From Bacteroidota bacterium (lineage in GTDB: Bacteria > Bacteroidota > Bacteroidia > Sphingobacteriales > Sphingobacteriaceae), in NCBI GenBank assembly GCA_040386815.1, contig JAZKET010000034.1:61236-125235 (forward strand): DNA of 64,000 nt, read 5' to 3'. Below the pieces are notes generated by a model that searched no databases, had not been told where the DNA came from, and was given only the letters and a program-made list of their open reading frames with translations. Both the position numbers and the translations under genes were made by a program. This document shows, one piece after another, positions 28,217 through 37,286 of the stretch. Positions within the stretch are counted from its first letter, which is position 1, and each line of letters begins with the position of its first letter.

Positions 28217-28277
28217 AATAGCAGGCGTATTGGCAGGTATTGTGAATTAAAGATAAAGTTAAAATTGTAAACAACAC

Positions 28278-28310
28278 AAATAGCGATGAGTTTGAAACCC
28301 ATCGCTATTT
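28278..28310. terminator. Intrinsic terminator after the 28329-29330 lipoprotein gene
   Basis: AAATAGCGATG / CATCGCTATTT 11-bp inverted repeat. Confidence 0.7.
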
Positions 28311-28328
28311 ATTTGATTAACTGATGTT

Positions 28329-29330
28329 TTAGTAGTTATCTAAGCTATTGATTGATGCTTGTACCGCAGCCTGAGTAGTTTCGGCCAAAGTTAAAGTTAC
28401 ATTTTGGCTGGCTGATATGGTGGTTACCTGCTCTGCATAATAGTATTTACCATCTTTGATAGAGAATGAGATAAACTTACCTTCAACACCCACCGGCATT
28501 ACGTTGTCATAACTTTTTACACTGTTAGGACCTGCAATGGTATACAGTTGAGCAACTACGTTAGCACCTTTAGCGCAGAAGTAAACATAAGTTTCGCCGC
28601 TGTATGAGTAGAATGAAGCAAGGGCGCCTGGGTTGTTAACCAAACTAACAGTTACCGTAGTTTTAGGGTTATTATAGCTATAGAAGATATCGGTATTTAC
28701 CCAGCCGGTTGTGCCAAAACTAAAGGTAAAAGTGTTATTTACGCTGGCAACTTCTTTACCACCACCCTGGCCATTAGCGCCCTGACGCGGTGCAGCCCAT
28801 GCCATTTGCGCATCCTGACCTTCAACCAATGGTTTGCCGCCCTGGTCTACACCTTCCCATAGCTGGGTTACACCATCGCGTTTAGCCGGTATGGCAATTT
28901 CCATTGGGGCGCCCAGGTTACGGTCGACACTTACACCTTCAGATTTTACATCTACATATATAAAACCGTCTGATGCCAGGGGCGCGCCGCTAATGTGATT
29001 GGTATTGCTACCCAGCATCATTACCGAGCTGCGTTTTAAAACTTCTATAACTTGCACATCAACCGGGCCAGTTACTGCTACACCGTTAATTTTTAATGAG
29101 CCCGGGGCAAAGGTAATTTTGGTACCGCCTTTAAATGTTGCTGTTTGTGGCAGGCTTGAGGCGTTAATTTTCACAGTTTGTACTTTAGGGCCATTGTTCT
29201 TTAAAAAATCCCTTGAGGTAGCATCCGGGTTGATCCTTACAAAAGGTGATTTCTGATCTTTAGTGCATGATACTAATGATAATGCTAATAATGCTACTGC
29301 TGCTACTGAGGTTAAAATTGACTTTTTCAT
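28329..29330 (-). CDS. Hypothetical lipoprotein
   Basis: LVSC lipobox then TKDQ; conserved-looking SDGFIY and GWVNTD; beta-rich. Confidence 0.8.
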   Translation of the reverse strand: MKKSILTSVAAVALLALSLVSCTKDQKSPFVRINPDATSRDFLKNNGPKVQTVKINASSLPQTATFKGGTKITFAPGSLKINGVAVTGPVDVQVIEVLKRSSVMMLGSNTNHISGAPLASDGFIYVDVKSEGVSVDRNLGAPMEIAIPAKRDGVTQLWEGVDQGGKPLVEGQDAQMAWAAPRQGANGQGGGKEVASVNNTFTFSFGTTGWVNTDIFYSYNNPKTTVTVSLVNNPGALASFYSYSGETYVYFCAKGANVVAQLYTIAGPNSVKSYDNVMPVGVEGKFISFSIKDGKYYYAEQVTTISASQNVTLTLAETTQAAVQASINSLDNY

Positions 29331-29409
29331 GATTTCTGGTTTTTATGTTTTTTATTGCTTACTCTGTTTTGGCTTTTCAGCATCTGCCGTTTTTATCGTT
29401 GTTTGTAGG

Positions 29410-29438
29410 TATATCAGCGGCAGCTAAACTTTGTTACC
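29410..29438 (-). promoter_or_regulatory. Putative ECF-sigma promoter GGTAAC-N17-GATATA
   Basis: Reverse strand reads GGGGTAACAAAGTTTAGCTGCCGCTGATATACC, about 80 nt upstream of the lipoprotein ATG and divergent from the ECF gene; AAC-containing -35 with a 17-nt spacer. Confidence 0.5.
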
Positions 29439-29520
29439 CCCTTATCTGAAAAAAAATTAAAAATATTTTCATTTAGTGCTGTTTTAGCTATAAAAAAACA
29501 TCAGTAACAATAAAAATTAT

Positions 29521-29625
29521 GGCGTTGCCTGCGGCCCAGGCTGTCCGTTTATACGCCTGCAGGCATTAGGCGCGGCCGGCGCTGAGGCCCTCGCGTGGCC
29601 GGTATTCACTGCCATCCTTAACGCG
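29521..29625. repeat. GC-rich structured element (dispersed repeat or ncRNA) in an AT-rich intergenic region
   Basis: Abruptly GC-rich block bounded by GCGTT...AACGC, with several short complementary arms. Confidence 0.45.
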
Positions 29626-29697
29626 GCCAGCGCGCATCCACATTGGCCGATATCAAACCATTAAAAAATTATTTGTATTTTCAAGCCACCTATTTTA

Positions 29698-30251
29698 TGA
29701 CAAAAGCACCTCACCCAGACCAGCGCTACATTACCGCATTGTTAAACAATGAGGTAGCCGTTATTGACGAGGTTTATAAAAGCAGTGCCCGCCAGGTTAA
29801 ATCATACATATGCTTTAATAATGGCAATGAGGATGACGCTGCCGATATTTTTCAGGAAGCTTTAATAGATATATACAACCAGGCAAAAAACAAAGGCCTG
29901 CAGCTTACCTGCCCCTTTAATGCTTTTGTTTTTATGGTGTGTAAGCGCAAATGGTTTAATGAATTAAAAAAAAGATCATTATTACCGGTAACAAATAACG
30001 AGAACGATTTATTACATAGCAGCGAGGATACTTTTGCCTTAGCCGAAGAACTGGAGCAGCAGACAGAGCAACAAAATAAGTTTTTAGCTGCCTTTGAGAA
30101 ATTGGGCGACAGGTGTAAAGAAATTATCGAATGGAGCATGAAAGGCGAAGCGCAGGAAAAAGTGGCCGAAGCTATGGGTGTTACTTACGGGTACCTGCGC
30201 AAAAAGAAATCGGAGTGTATGGCTTCGCTAATTAAATTGGTTCAATCGTAA
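29698..30251 (+). CDS. ECF (sigma-70 family) RNA polymerase sigma factor
   Basis: Region 2 DDAADIFQEAL and CKRKWFNEL; region 4 LGDRCKEII...EKVAEAMGVTYGYLRKKKSEC; ATG 29698 preferred. Confidence 0.92.
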
Positions 30252-30266
30252 AATAGAAATAAGGCA

Positions 30267-31022
30267 ATGGAAGAGGATAGCATTTTACAGGCATCGCGGT
30301 ATGTTGATGGAGAGATGGATGCGCAGGAGCAGCAGCAGTTTGAATTGCTGTTACAAACCGACGTACAGCTTAATGAATATGTAGCGCAATATCAGCAGGC
30401 AACGGCTGCCCTTAAAGCACACTTTGCGCCCGATGAAAACCGTAATGCGCTTAAACAAACCATAGTCACTTTAAATGCCGAATACTTTAAGCCTGAGGCT
30501 AAAGTGGTATCTATGAAACCACCGTCAAAAGTAATGTCGTTCAATAACTACGTCCGTTGGGCATCGGGCATTGCAGCCTTATTGTTAGTGGGCTTATTGA
30601 TATTTAACCCATGGCGCAAAAGTTTGTATGATGAGTATAATACCGCTACCACCATGTCCATATCAGAACGGGGCGCGGGTGCGCAAACCAACCTGGAGAA
30701 AGCTGCATCGTTTTATAACAATAAAGATTTTAATAGTGCAGAGCCATTACTGGCAAAAGAATATACAACCGATACAGATAACAGCCTGGTTGCCTATTAT
30801 TATGCCATAACACTTGTACAAGATGGAAAAACGGCAAAAGGACGTGATATATTAGAAAGTTTGTATAAAGGAGAGTCTGCCTTTAAATATGATGCGGCTT
30901 ATCAGGTGGCATTAAGCTTCGTAAAAGAGAAAAATAATACCGAAGCTAAAAAATGGTTAGCACTGGTGCCTGCAGGCACATCAAACCACGTTAAGGCCCA
31001 AGAGTTAAGCAAGAAATTGTAA
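30267..31022 (+). CDS. Putative anti-sigma factor: N-terminal anti-sigma helix bundle, single TM, periplasmic TPR domain
   Basis: RYVDGEMDAQEQQQFE (zf-HC2-like, Cys-free); TM WASGIAALLLVGLLIF; TPR-like YYYAITLV and AAYQVALSF; 15 bp after the sigma gene. Confidence 0.8.
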   Translation: MEEDSILQASRYVDGEMDAQEQQQFELLLQTDVQLNEYVAQYQQATAALKAHFAPDENRNALKQTIVTLNAEYFKPEAKVVSMKPPSKVMSFNNYVRWASGIAALLLVGLLIFNPWRKSLYDEYNTATTMSISERGAGAQTNLEKAASFYNNKDFNSAEPLLAKEYTTDTDNSLVAYYYAITLVQDGKTAKGRDILESLYKGESAFKYDAAYQVALSFVKEKNNTEAKKWLALVPAGTSNHVKAQELSKKL

Positions 31023-31031
31023 GCTAATAGC

Positions 31032-32093
31032 TTATTTAAAGATCTCGGTAATTACTTTGCCTTTGCTGTATTCCATTTTAAAGTTAAGTAGCTTGGCAAC
31101 TGTAGCGCTAATGTCTATCTGCTCATAAGCAGTATGTACGCCAACACCCTTTTTAAAATCAGGCCCTATAGCAAAAAACTCAATGTGGCGGCAATCATCA
31201 CAACCATCGCCATGATCCATAAAGCCAGTTGATACGCCGTTTGAATGGCGGCCATGATCATTGGTAACAATCAGCGTAGTTTTATCTTTATAGTGCTCAT
31301 CGCCCTGTATTAACTCATAAATTTCTTTGATATACGCATCTGTCGATTTAATGCCCTCAATATATTTATTCCACTGGTTACCATGTGCAAAATAATCTGG
31401 GTCTTTAAAGTTTACCAGCATTAAATTAGGATGATAGGTCTTCATTACATTAGCAGTGTGCGCCATGGTAGTATCATCATAACGGTAACCTGTAAACGAG
31501 CCATTTTTACCACAATCGGTTTTAGGCAAATACTTTCCAGCCCACCCGTCCTGCTTGCAATTACCTAATATCTGAAGCTTATCTTTTGAAGTTATTATCC
31601 AGGCTTTCTCGGCAGGTTTACCGGTAGCTTTTAACCAGCTTTGAAATATAGAAGGATACTGCGGCATGTCCTGTCCCCAGTTTTCCAAATCTTCATAATT
31701 ACCGGTGGAAATGGCATCATGGCCAGAGTCGGTGTTAGTGGTACCATTGTTTTTAAAGTTTCCTAACATCACGCCCTGTCCCCATAAATTGTAACGCTCA
31801 GGTATATTTTGCTTTGAGTGATCGCCCCAGGTTTCACTGTAACGCGGGCCATCAATTACAACTATGATAACGTTTTGTGTTTTGCAGCAAACTTCAGCTT
31901 TCTTGGCCGCATCAGTTGTTGTTGTAGTACCAGCAGAAATTTGCGTGGCAGTAGCTTGCGACGAACTATGCGTCATGGTTGAATCTGATAACCGGTTGCC
32001 GAGGGCGTCTATCTTTGATTCCTTTTTACAGGCGACCAAAGCACACACCAGCGCAAATACTAAAGGCAATAAATTAGGGGTATTAATTCGCAT
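31032..32093 (-). CDS. Alkaline-phosphatase-superfamily lipoprotein (phosphodiesterase/sulfatase-like)
   Basis: LVAC lipobox; IVVIDG, TTNTDSGH, DPDYFAH and TNDHG metal/nucleophile motifs intact. Confidence 0.85.
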   Translation of the reverse strand: MRINTPNLLPLVFALVCALVACKKESKIDALGNRLSDSTMTHSSSQATATQISAGTTTTTDAAKKAEVCCKTQNVIIVVIDGPRYSETWGDHSKQNIPERYNLWGQGVMLGNFKNNGTTNTDSGHDAISTGNYEDLENWGQDMPQYPSIFQSWLKATGKPAEKAWIITSKDKLQILGNCKQDGWAGKYLPKTDCGKNGSFTGYRYDDTTMAHTANVMKTYHPNLMLVNFKDPDYFAHGNQWNKYIEGIKSTDAYIKEIYELIQGDEHYKDKTTLIVTNDHGRHSNGVSTGFMDHGDGCDDCRHIEFFAIGPDFKKGVGVHTAYEQIDISATVAKLLNFKMEYSKGKVITEIFK

Positions 32094-32187
32094 TCTAGTT
32101 TGTTAATTGGGTTGTGTATACAAGTATACAATTCACATTCCAATGTAACAAGAAAAATACAAAATTTATTTTTACAGCTAATACGCA

Positions 32188-32224
32188 CAAAAAAGGGCGT
32201 TTTTATGTAAAACGCCCTTTTTTG
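32188..32224. terminator. Intrinsic terminator after the CotH gene
   Basis: 16-bp perfect inverted repeat CAAAAAAGGGCGTTTT / AAAACGCCCTTTTTTG. Confidence 0.8.
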
Positions 32225-32287
32225 TATGCTAAAATATACGGTCTGAAATTCCTCAATATGACCCCAAATTACCCTATTGGGGTTGCA

Positions 32288-33871
32288 CTAGAAATTGCTG
32301 ATATAATCGTCCACCAAATCAACCTGAGCGCTGTACCAATCACTTATGAAACTGGCTTCGCTGTTTAAATCTTGGGGGATATTGCCCCAAAGCACTCTTT
32401 CGCGTGCAAACGCTTTTGTGCTGCCCAAAACTTTTCTGTAAGCCTCAATACGTTCGCTAACTTTTGATTTACCCAATTGATCTGTTTTTAACTGTTGCCA
32501 ACGTGTCTTTACCAGGCCTTTAAAATTAGCCGGATTTAATTTAACCAGGCGCGCAAACAAATTGTTATTGCCGTAGCCAATAATTGAATTTGGAGCACGC
32601 CCACCAGTTGCATACCTGCCTATTGAACCGTCAAGATCCCATACAGAGTAAAAGAACTTGTTAGCCACGCGCGAATCGTAAAAACTAAAGAATGTATTTT
32701 TATTTTGATTATCGGTAGCCCGGGTAATATTCATAAAAATGAAATAATCAACCATGTTGTTAATATCAACCTTGTTTTTTACCTGGTTTATAAATTCATC
32801 ATCGGTTGAATTTAATATAAAGCTAATCTCGTCATATAAATAACCCCAGTTTGGCGCCGGTGTATCGCCCAGTTCAGGATATTCCAGCTCCCAGCCTACC
32901 CAGGTAGCGCTGGCATTGTTAAATGGCGACAGTCCATAAAAATCGGTTTCATTGGTCCAGTCATTCGCCTTATACATATTGCCGTACTGCTTTTTAATTT
33001 TAAGCTGTTTGCGGTCAAGTTTTTCGGTTAGGCAATAAACGCCCATGTATTTATAATTTACAAAAACCTCGGCCATATAGCCGCGCGTACCGTTAAGTGC
33101 ATCAGGCTCGCTGGCAATGTGGGGTACGTTGTTAAAGCTATTCCAAATATCAGTGGCTAAACGGTTACGCATGCGCGACTGATCGACATACATAGCATCC
33201 AATATCCAGTTATTATCATCGCGCAAGCCTAATAACGATTTGTCTATATCATTGCCAGACGCGTCAACTAAATGTACAGAATATGATTTTTTTGGATAAA
33301 AACGAGACGTAGCACCACGCACAGAGACTGAGGTATTTGCAGATATTTCAAGCTGGCTCTTTTGTGCCTGGTAGTTAGGGTTAACTAATTTAAACGCCCC
33401 TGTTATGCGTTCATCGCCAATTGCAGCACCGGTATTTATTGTCACCATTGGCAATCCTGTAATTATCATGTGATAATTTGTTGCCAGGTTTATGCTATTA
33501 ACAGCCTTAACAACAATCTCCTGGTCGGCCTTAAGGGTGTAAGAAACGTTGCTGCCATTTAAAACTTTTCTGTCGTCAAGATAAACTGCTTTAGTGGTAA
33601 CAGTATCAAAGCTTATGGTAAAGCTTGTTAATTCTGCACCGACGGCAACCGGGTAATAAAAGGTATTCTGTGTAGAATCATACGCGCACGATGCTCCATT
33701 TATTTTAAAATTTTTAAGTTGAGCAGATAATACCGGTCCGGTCGGCGTTGTTTTACCACCGTTACTTCCGGTATTAACGTCAAGCTTATTATTGTCAAAA
33801 TATGTTTTTTTACAGCCTGTGCTTACCAAAGCTAAAAGTAGTACGCCGTAAAATAAATGTTGCATTTTCAT
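32288..33871 (-). CDS. CotH-family kinase lipoprotein
   Basis: STGC lipobox; RGATSRFYPKKSY, WILDA, YMGVYCLTEK, DNQNKN and WDLDGSIG. Confidence 0.9.
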   Translation of the reverse strand: MKMQHLFYGVLLLALVSTGCKKTYFDNNKLDVNTGSNGGKTTPTGPVLSAQLKNFKINGASCAYDSTQNTFYYPVAVGAELTSFTISFDTVTTKAVYLDDRKVLNGSNVSYTLKADQEIVVKAVNSINLATNYHMIITGLPMVTINTGAAIGDERITGAFKLVNPNYQAQKSQLEISANTSVSVRGATSRFYPKKSYSVHLVDASGNDIDKSLLGLRDDNNWILDAMYVDQSRMRNRLATDIWNSFNNVPHIASEPDALNGTRGYMAEVFVNYKYMGVYCLTEKLDRKQLKIKKQYGNMYKANDWTNETDFYGLSPFNNASATWVGWELEYPELGDTPAPNWGYLYDEISFILNSTDDEFINQVKNKVDINNMVDYFIFMNITRATDNQNKNTFFSFYDSRVANKFFYSVWDLDGSIGRYATGGRAPNSIIGYGNNNLFARLVKLNPANFKGLVKTRWQQLKTDQLGKSKVSERIEAYRKVLGSTKAFARERVLWGNIPQDLNSEASFISDWYSAQVDLVDDYISNF

Positions 33872-34342
33872 ATGCAGGTGTCTGTGATTAAGTGTGTTAT
33901 CGGCTATTAACCCATGTAATTAAAAACTACATTTTATATTTGAGAATGTTTTATCGGCCAACTATACATTGTATTGATAAACAAGCTTGTTACAATATTT
34001 AAGCTACTTGTTAAACCCTATTAGTATCACTTTATAGCAAAACATTACCATCGGGTTAAAAGCGGCTGTAGTCCATTTAGTGATGTTGCGTTAACAGAAC
34101 TAACCAAATAGGGTAATTATGAAAACCAGTACAACTATCTGAATATCAGACTATTAATAAATTAAAAAGTTTAATCTCCATAATAAAAGCTGGTTTAGGG
34201 GCGGCTTTTACCGGTGATCTGTGCTGTTTATAACGCTTAGGGGAAGCAAGATACAGCTGTAATTAATTAGGTTTAAATATCGTTATTTTATTTAGCAAAG
34301 TTAAAACTGATATGATCTGTAACATCATATCCTATAATAATG

Positions 34343-35548
34343 TTACCGTAACAATTTTGTGTTGTTAAACTTTAGCCTTATAAAACGCGGGCGGTACATA
34401 TTAGGATCTGCCTGCAGATCTTTCAAAAAATCTGTCGAATTCAAATTATAAGAAATAATCAACTCGCCAGGTTGCGAAAGGATGGGATGGCCTTTTGCAT
34501 TGTACACAAAGTAATTTTTGCCGGTAATGTCAGCACTGCAATCCCATATCTTGATAGTTGGCCCGAAAGGTCCATATGGTGTTTTACCAATGCGTAAGCC
34601 TATATCTTTTGTCATGGTGCCTACCTGAAATATCATTGCATAGCGCCCATCGGGCAGGGCAGATACGCTTAACTCATTAGATACCCAATCTGCTATTTTA
34701 TCTGCCTTATTAATATTGTGTACCCAAATTTTGCCGTCCCAATAAGTCCATTTATCGTAACTATCAAAATCTGCCGGCAAAACGCGTGCAACTAATACAT
34801 TCTTCCATTTGCTAACTACGCCATACACATAAATGTAACCGTCGGGGTTTGGCGCCCCAGACGTTTTGGTATTAACATATACAGCCGCACCAAATGAGCC
34901 CATGCCCTCGCCTTTATCTCCTATATAAAAGGGCGTGTCTTTCTGTTGCTGTCTAATGTATGGTGGCTTATCTCCAGCCGGAATTTTAATCAAAACGTTA
35001 CCTACTTCCTTAAACCCAAAGGCAGCTTCACTAACATTTGTTATGCGATAACCAAATATGTAAAGGCTATTATTTAAGGCCTGATTTACAAAACCATCTC
35101 CTAACCAAAAATAGTCTTTAGGCCCTGCCTGTATAGTTTTCGGTATAAAAATCGATTCAGGCTTACCATCCTTTGTTTTATCCCAGTAATAAGTCATTGC
35201 CGTGCTCATCGGTTTATTACCCTTCAGTATACCCACCGAGTTATGTACCATCACCGCGCCAGGCTGAAGCTTGCCGTGCTTTATGGTACCTATCATACTA
35301 TCGCTAAATATAAACAGCACCTTGCTGGTTGTTTTGGCGGCACTATGCTCAACGCCATCTAAGGGGATAGTAAAAATCCCATCGCCGCCAAACCAGCCGG
35401 TATAACGGTTAAAAAGGGCGTTCCAATCAGCAGCAGGCTCAACTGTGTAGTCAAGTGTTTCCGGTTGGATGGGTAACCGTTTATCCTGAGCCAAACCCGT
35501 AAATACTAAGCAAAAGTAGCAACACAAAAAAAGACCACTCCTTTTCAT
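34343..35548 (-). CDS. DUF4185/DUF5005-like secreted beta-propeller (possible glycosidase)
   Basis: Signal peptide; GWFGGDG, FIFSDSMIG, VHNS, YNAKGHP, YRPRF. Confidence 0.7.
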   Translation of the reverse strand: MKRSGLFLCCYFCLVFTGLAQDKRLPIQPETLDYTVEPAADWNALFNRYTGWFGGDGIFTIPLDGVEHSAAKTTSKVLFIFSDSMIGTIKHGKLQPGAVMVHNSVGILKGNKPMSTAMTYYWDKTKDGKPESIFIPKTIQAGPKDYFWLGDGFVNQALNNSLYIFGYRITNVSEAAFGFKEVGNVLIKIPAGDKPPYIRQQQKDTPFYIGDKGEGMGSFGAAVYVNTKTSGAPNPDGYIYVYGVVSKWKNVLVARVLPADFDSYDKWTYWDGKIWVHNINKADKIADWVSNELSVSALPDGRYAMIFQVGTMTKDIGLRIGKTPYGPFGPTIKIWDCSADITGKNYFVYNAKGHPILSQPGELIISYNLNSTDFLKDLQADPNMYRPRFIRLKFNNTKLLR

Positions 35549-35761
35549 TTAATTACCAAGCGTATACATTTGTTAATAAAGTAATTATACTAAAATATTG
35601 ATACAGACAACGAAACTTTCTATATTGCAGTACGTATAAATGCATGGTAGTTGTAGAAAACCCCCTTTCACTATTACCAATTATGCAGATACGCATGTAT
35701 CAAATCTAAAAGTCCTATACCAAGGCTAAGTATTATTTGTTGGATCTAAACCTTTTGAATT

Positions 35762-35992
35762 ATGCCAAAATACTATTTTGACAGGCTTGACTTTTTACAT
35801 AGTTTAATAAAAAAAAGGGCCACCGGAGCGCCAGAGCAGTTAGCAAAAAAACTAAATGTAAGTGAGCGCACCACTTTTGAATACATCGAAATTTTAAGAT
35901 CGTTAGGGGCTGATATTAAATACAGTCGCGACCGTCAATCTTATTACTATACTTTAGACGGCAGCTTCGATTTTCATTTTAAGCAAACCTAA
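35762..35992 (+). CDS. Small stand-alone winged-HTH protein
   Basis: TGAPEQLAKKLNVSERTTFEYIEILRSLGADIKY; 76 aa. Confidence 0.85.
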   Translation: MPKYYFDRLDFLHSLIKKRATGAPEQLAKKLNVSERTTFEYIEILRSLGADIKYSRDRQSYYYTLDGSFDFHFKQT

Positions 35993-36054
35993 GCCGGTTT
36001 TACCCCAATAAGAAGCTAAATGCAGTATCAACACTGCTTCAAATTATAGATAAA

Positions 36055-36091
36055 GAAAAAGCCCGACCATTTTTAATGCCCGGGCTTTTTC
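36055..36091. terminator. Bidirectional terminator ending the Sus operon and the HTH gene
   Basis: GAAAAAGCCCG / CGGGCTTTTTC inverted repeat. Confidence 0.8.
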
Positions 36092-36111
36092 TCTATCTAT
36101 TTTAGATTATT

Positions 36112-37254
36112 CTATCTAAACAATTGGAATTCTGACAACTGTAATAAACCGTCACCCCAGTTAGCTGTAATGTTCAATCTAACCATGCTGTATTCTTTTG
36201 GATCAGCAATTGGGAAGTAGAACAGCTTTTTGAAGCCTTGTGAATCACTTGTTGCACCTAAGTCAGTGTTAGTATCTCTGAAGTTTTTAGCCATTGTAAT
36301 AGCGTCCATCTGAGTCCAGGTACTACCACCATCGCTTGAGCCTTCAAGAGTCCATGATTTCGGATCCCTTGCTTTTGCGTCATTTGCACTACCGATAGCA
36401 TATAATTTAATTTTCTGAGGAGTCAAGAAAATGAATACGCATCTTAAAGGATAGGTGAATGTACCGAATGAACCACCTACCAGGAATTTGGTATCAACGT
36501 TACCGTCAACCAACTTCGAAGCGTTCTCGTTAGCATTGCTAATGTTATCCTGGCTTGGGGTCCAGCTTAAACGGTTACCCGTTACGTTCTCAACCAAACC
36601 ATCAGTAGTTACGTTACGTGTAACAGTTACAGTTGAACCTTTATCAGTAACAACTTTCAACGTTACACTGTTGAAAGTGTTCACGAAAAAGCTTTTCTTA
36701 ACTGCAAAGTTATCAGCTACTAAACCTTCTATAACAGTAGTTTTTGCTGCAGAAGTAAAAGAAGCAGCATCAACAAAAGTCCATGTAGCTTTTACAGGGG
36801 TAGCTTTTACCGTAAGTGAAAATCTAACCTCTGCACTGTTTGATGTAGTTACACCAGTTTTAGCCGCAGCAATTTGGCAAATAGCATCCGGAATAATTGG
36901 AATATTAGTGTATTTATGCGAAATATTACCCGTTGATGAAGTAGCTTTCAAGTCTACCTGATAGTTCCATTTCGGATTAGCACCAGGATCGCCTGTTGTT
37001 AAATAAATGTGTTTTGGGTTATCAGCAACGCTTACAGAATCATCACCAAATCTCCACTCTAATTTAGTGTAGTTTTTTGATAAATTCTGGAAGTTAAAAG
37101 TAAACCCGTCATTTGCATCCGGAGTAACTGTATAATTCGACACGGGATTAATAACCGCAGAATCAGCTCCAACTACATCAACTTTCTTTGAACATGAAGA
37201 GATCACAGCTCCCATGCAGAAAAGTAGTCCAAGTGGTTTAAAAAATTGTTTCAT
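36112..37254 (-). CDS. PKD + discoidin (F5/8 type C, CBM32-like) lipoprotein
   Basis: ISSC lipobox; WRFGDD PKD motif; LVDGNVDTKF, SANDAKARDPKSWTLEGS, LQLSEFQLF. Confidence 0.82.
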   Translation of the reverse strand: MKQFFKPLGLLFCMGAVISSCSKKVDVVGADSAVINPVSNYTVTPDANDGFTFNFQNLSKNYTKLEWRFGDDSVSVADNPKHIYLTTGDPGANPKWNYQVDLKATSSTGNISHKYTNIPIIPDAICQIAAAKTGVTTSNSAEVRFSLTVKATPVKATWTFVDAASFTSAAKTTVIEGLVADNFAVKKSFFVNTFNSVTLKVVTDKGSTVTVTRNVTTDGLVENVTGNRLSWTPSQDNISNANENASKLVDGNVDTKFLVGGSFGTFTYPLRCVFIFLTPQKIKLYAIGSANDAKARDPKSWTLEGSSDGGSTWTQMDAITMAKNFRDTNTDLGATSDSQGFKKLFYFPIADPKEYSMVRLNITANWGDGLLQLSEFQLFR

Positions 37255-37286
37255 ATCAATGTTTAATTTAATATACGTAAACTAAA

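Noticed and set aside
23143-31022. Type III-E Craspase locus
   Set aside because: There is no cas7-11, csx30/csx31 or array, and the CHAT protein is exported and membrane-anchored, unlike cytoplasmic Csx29. Only the regulatory logic is analogous.
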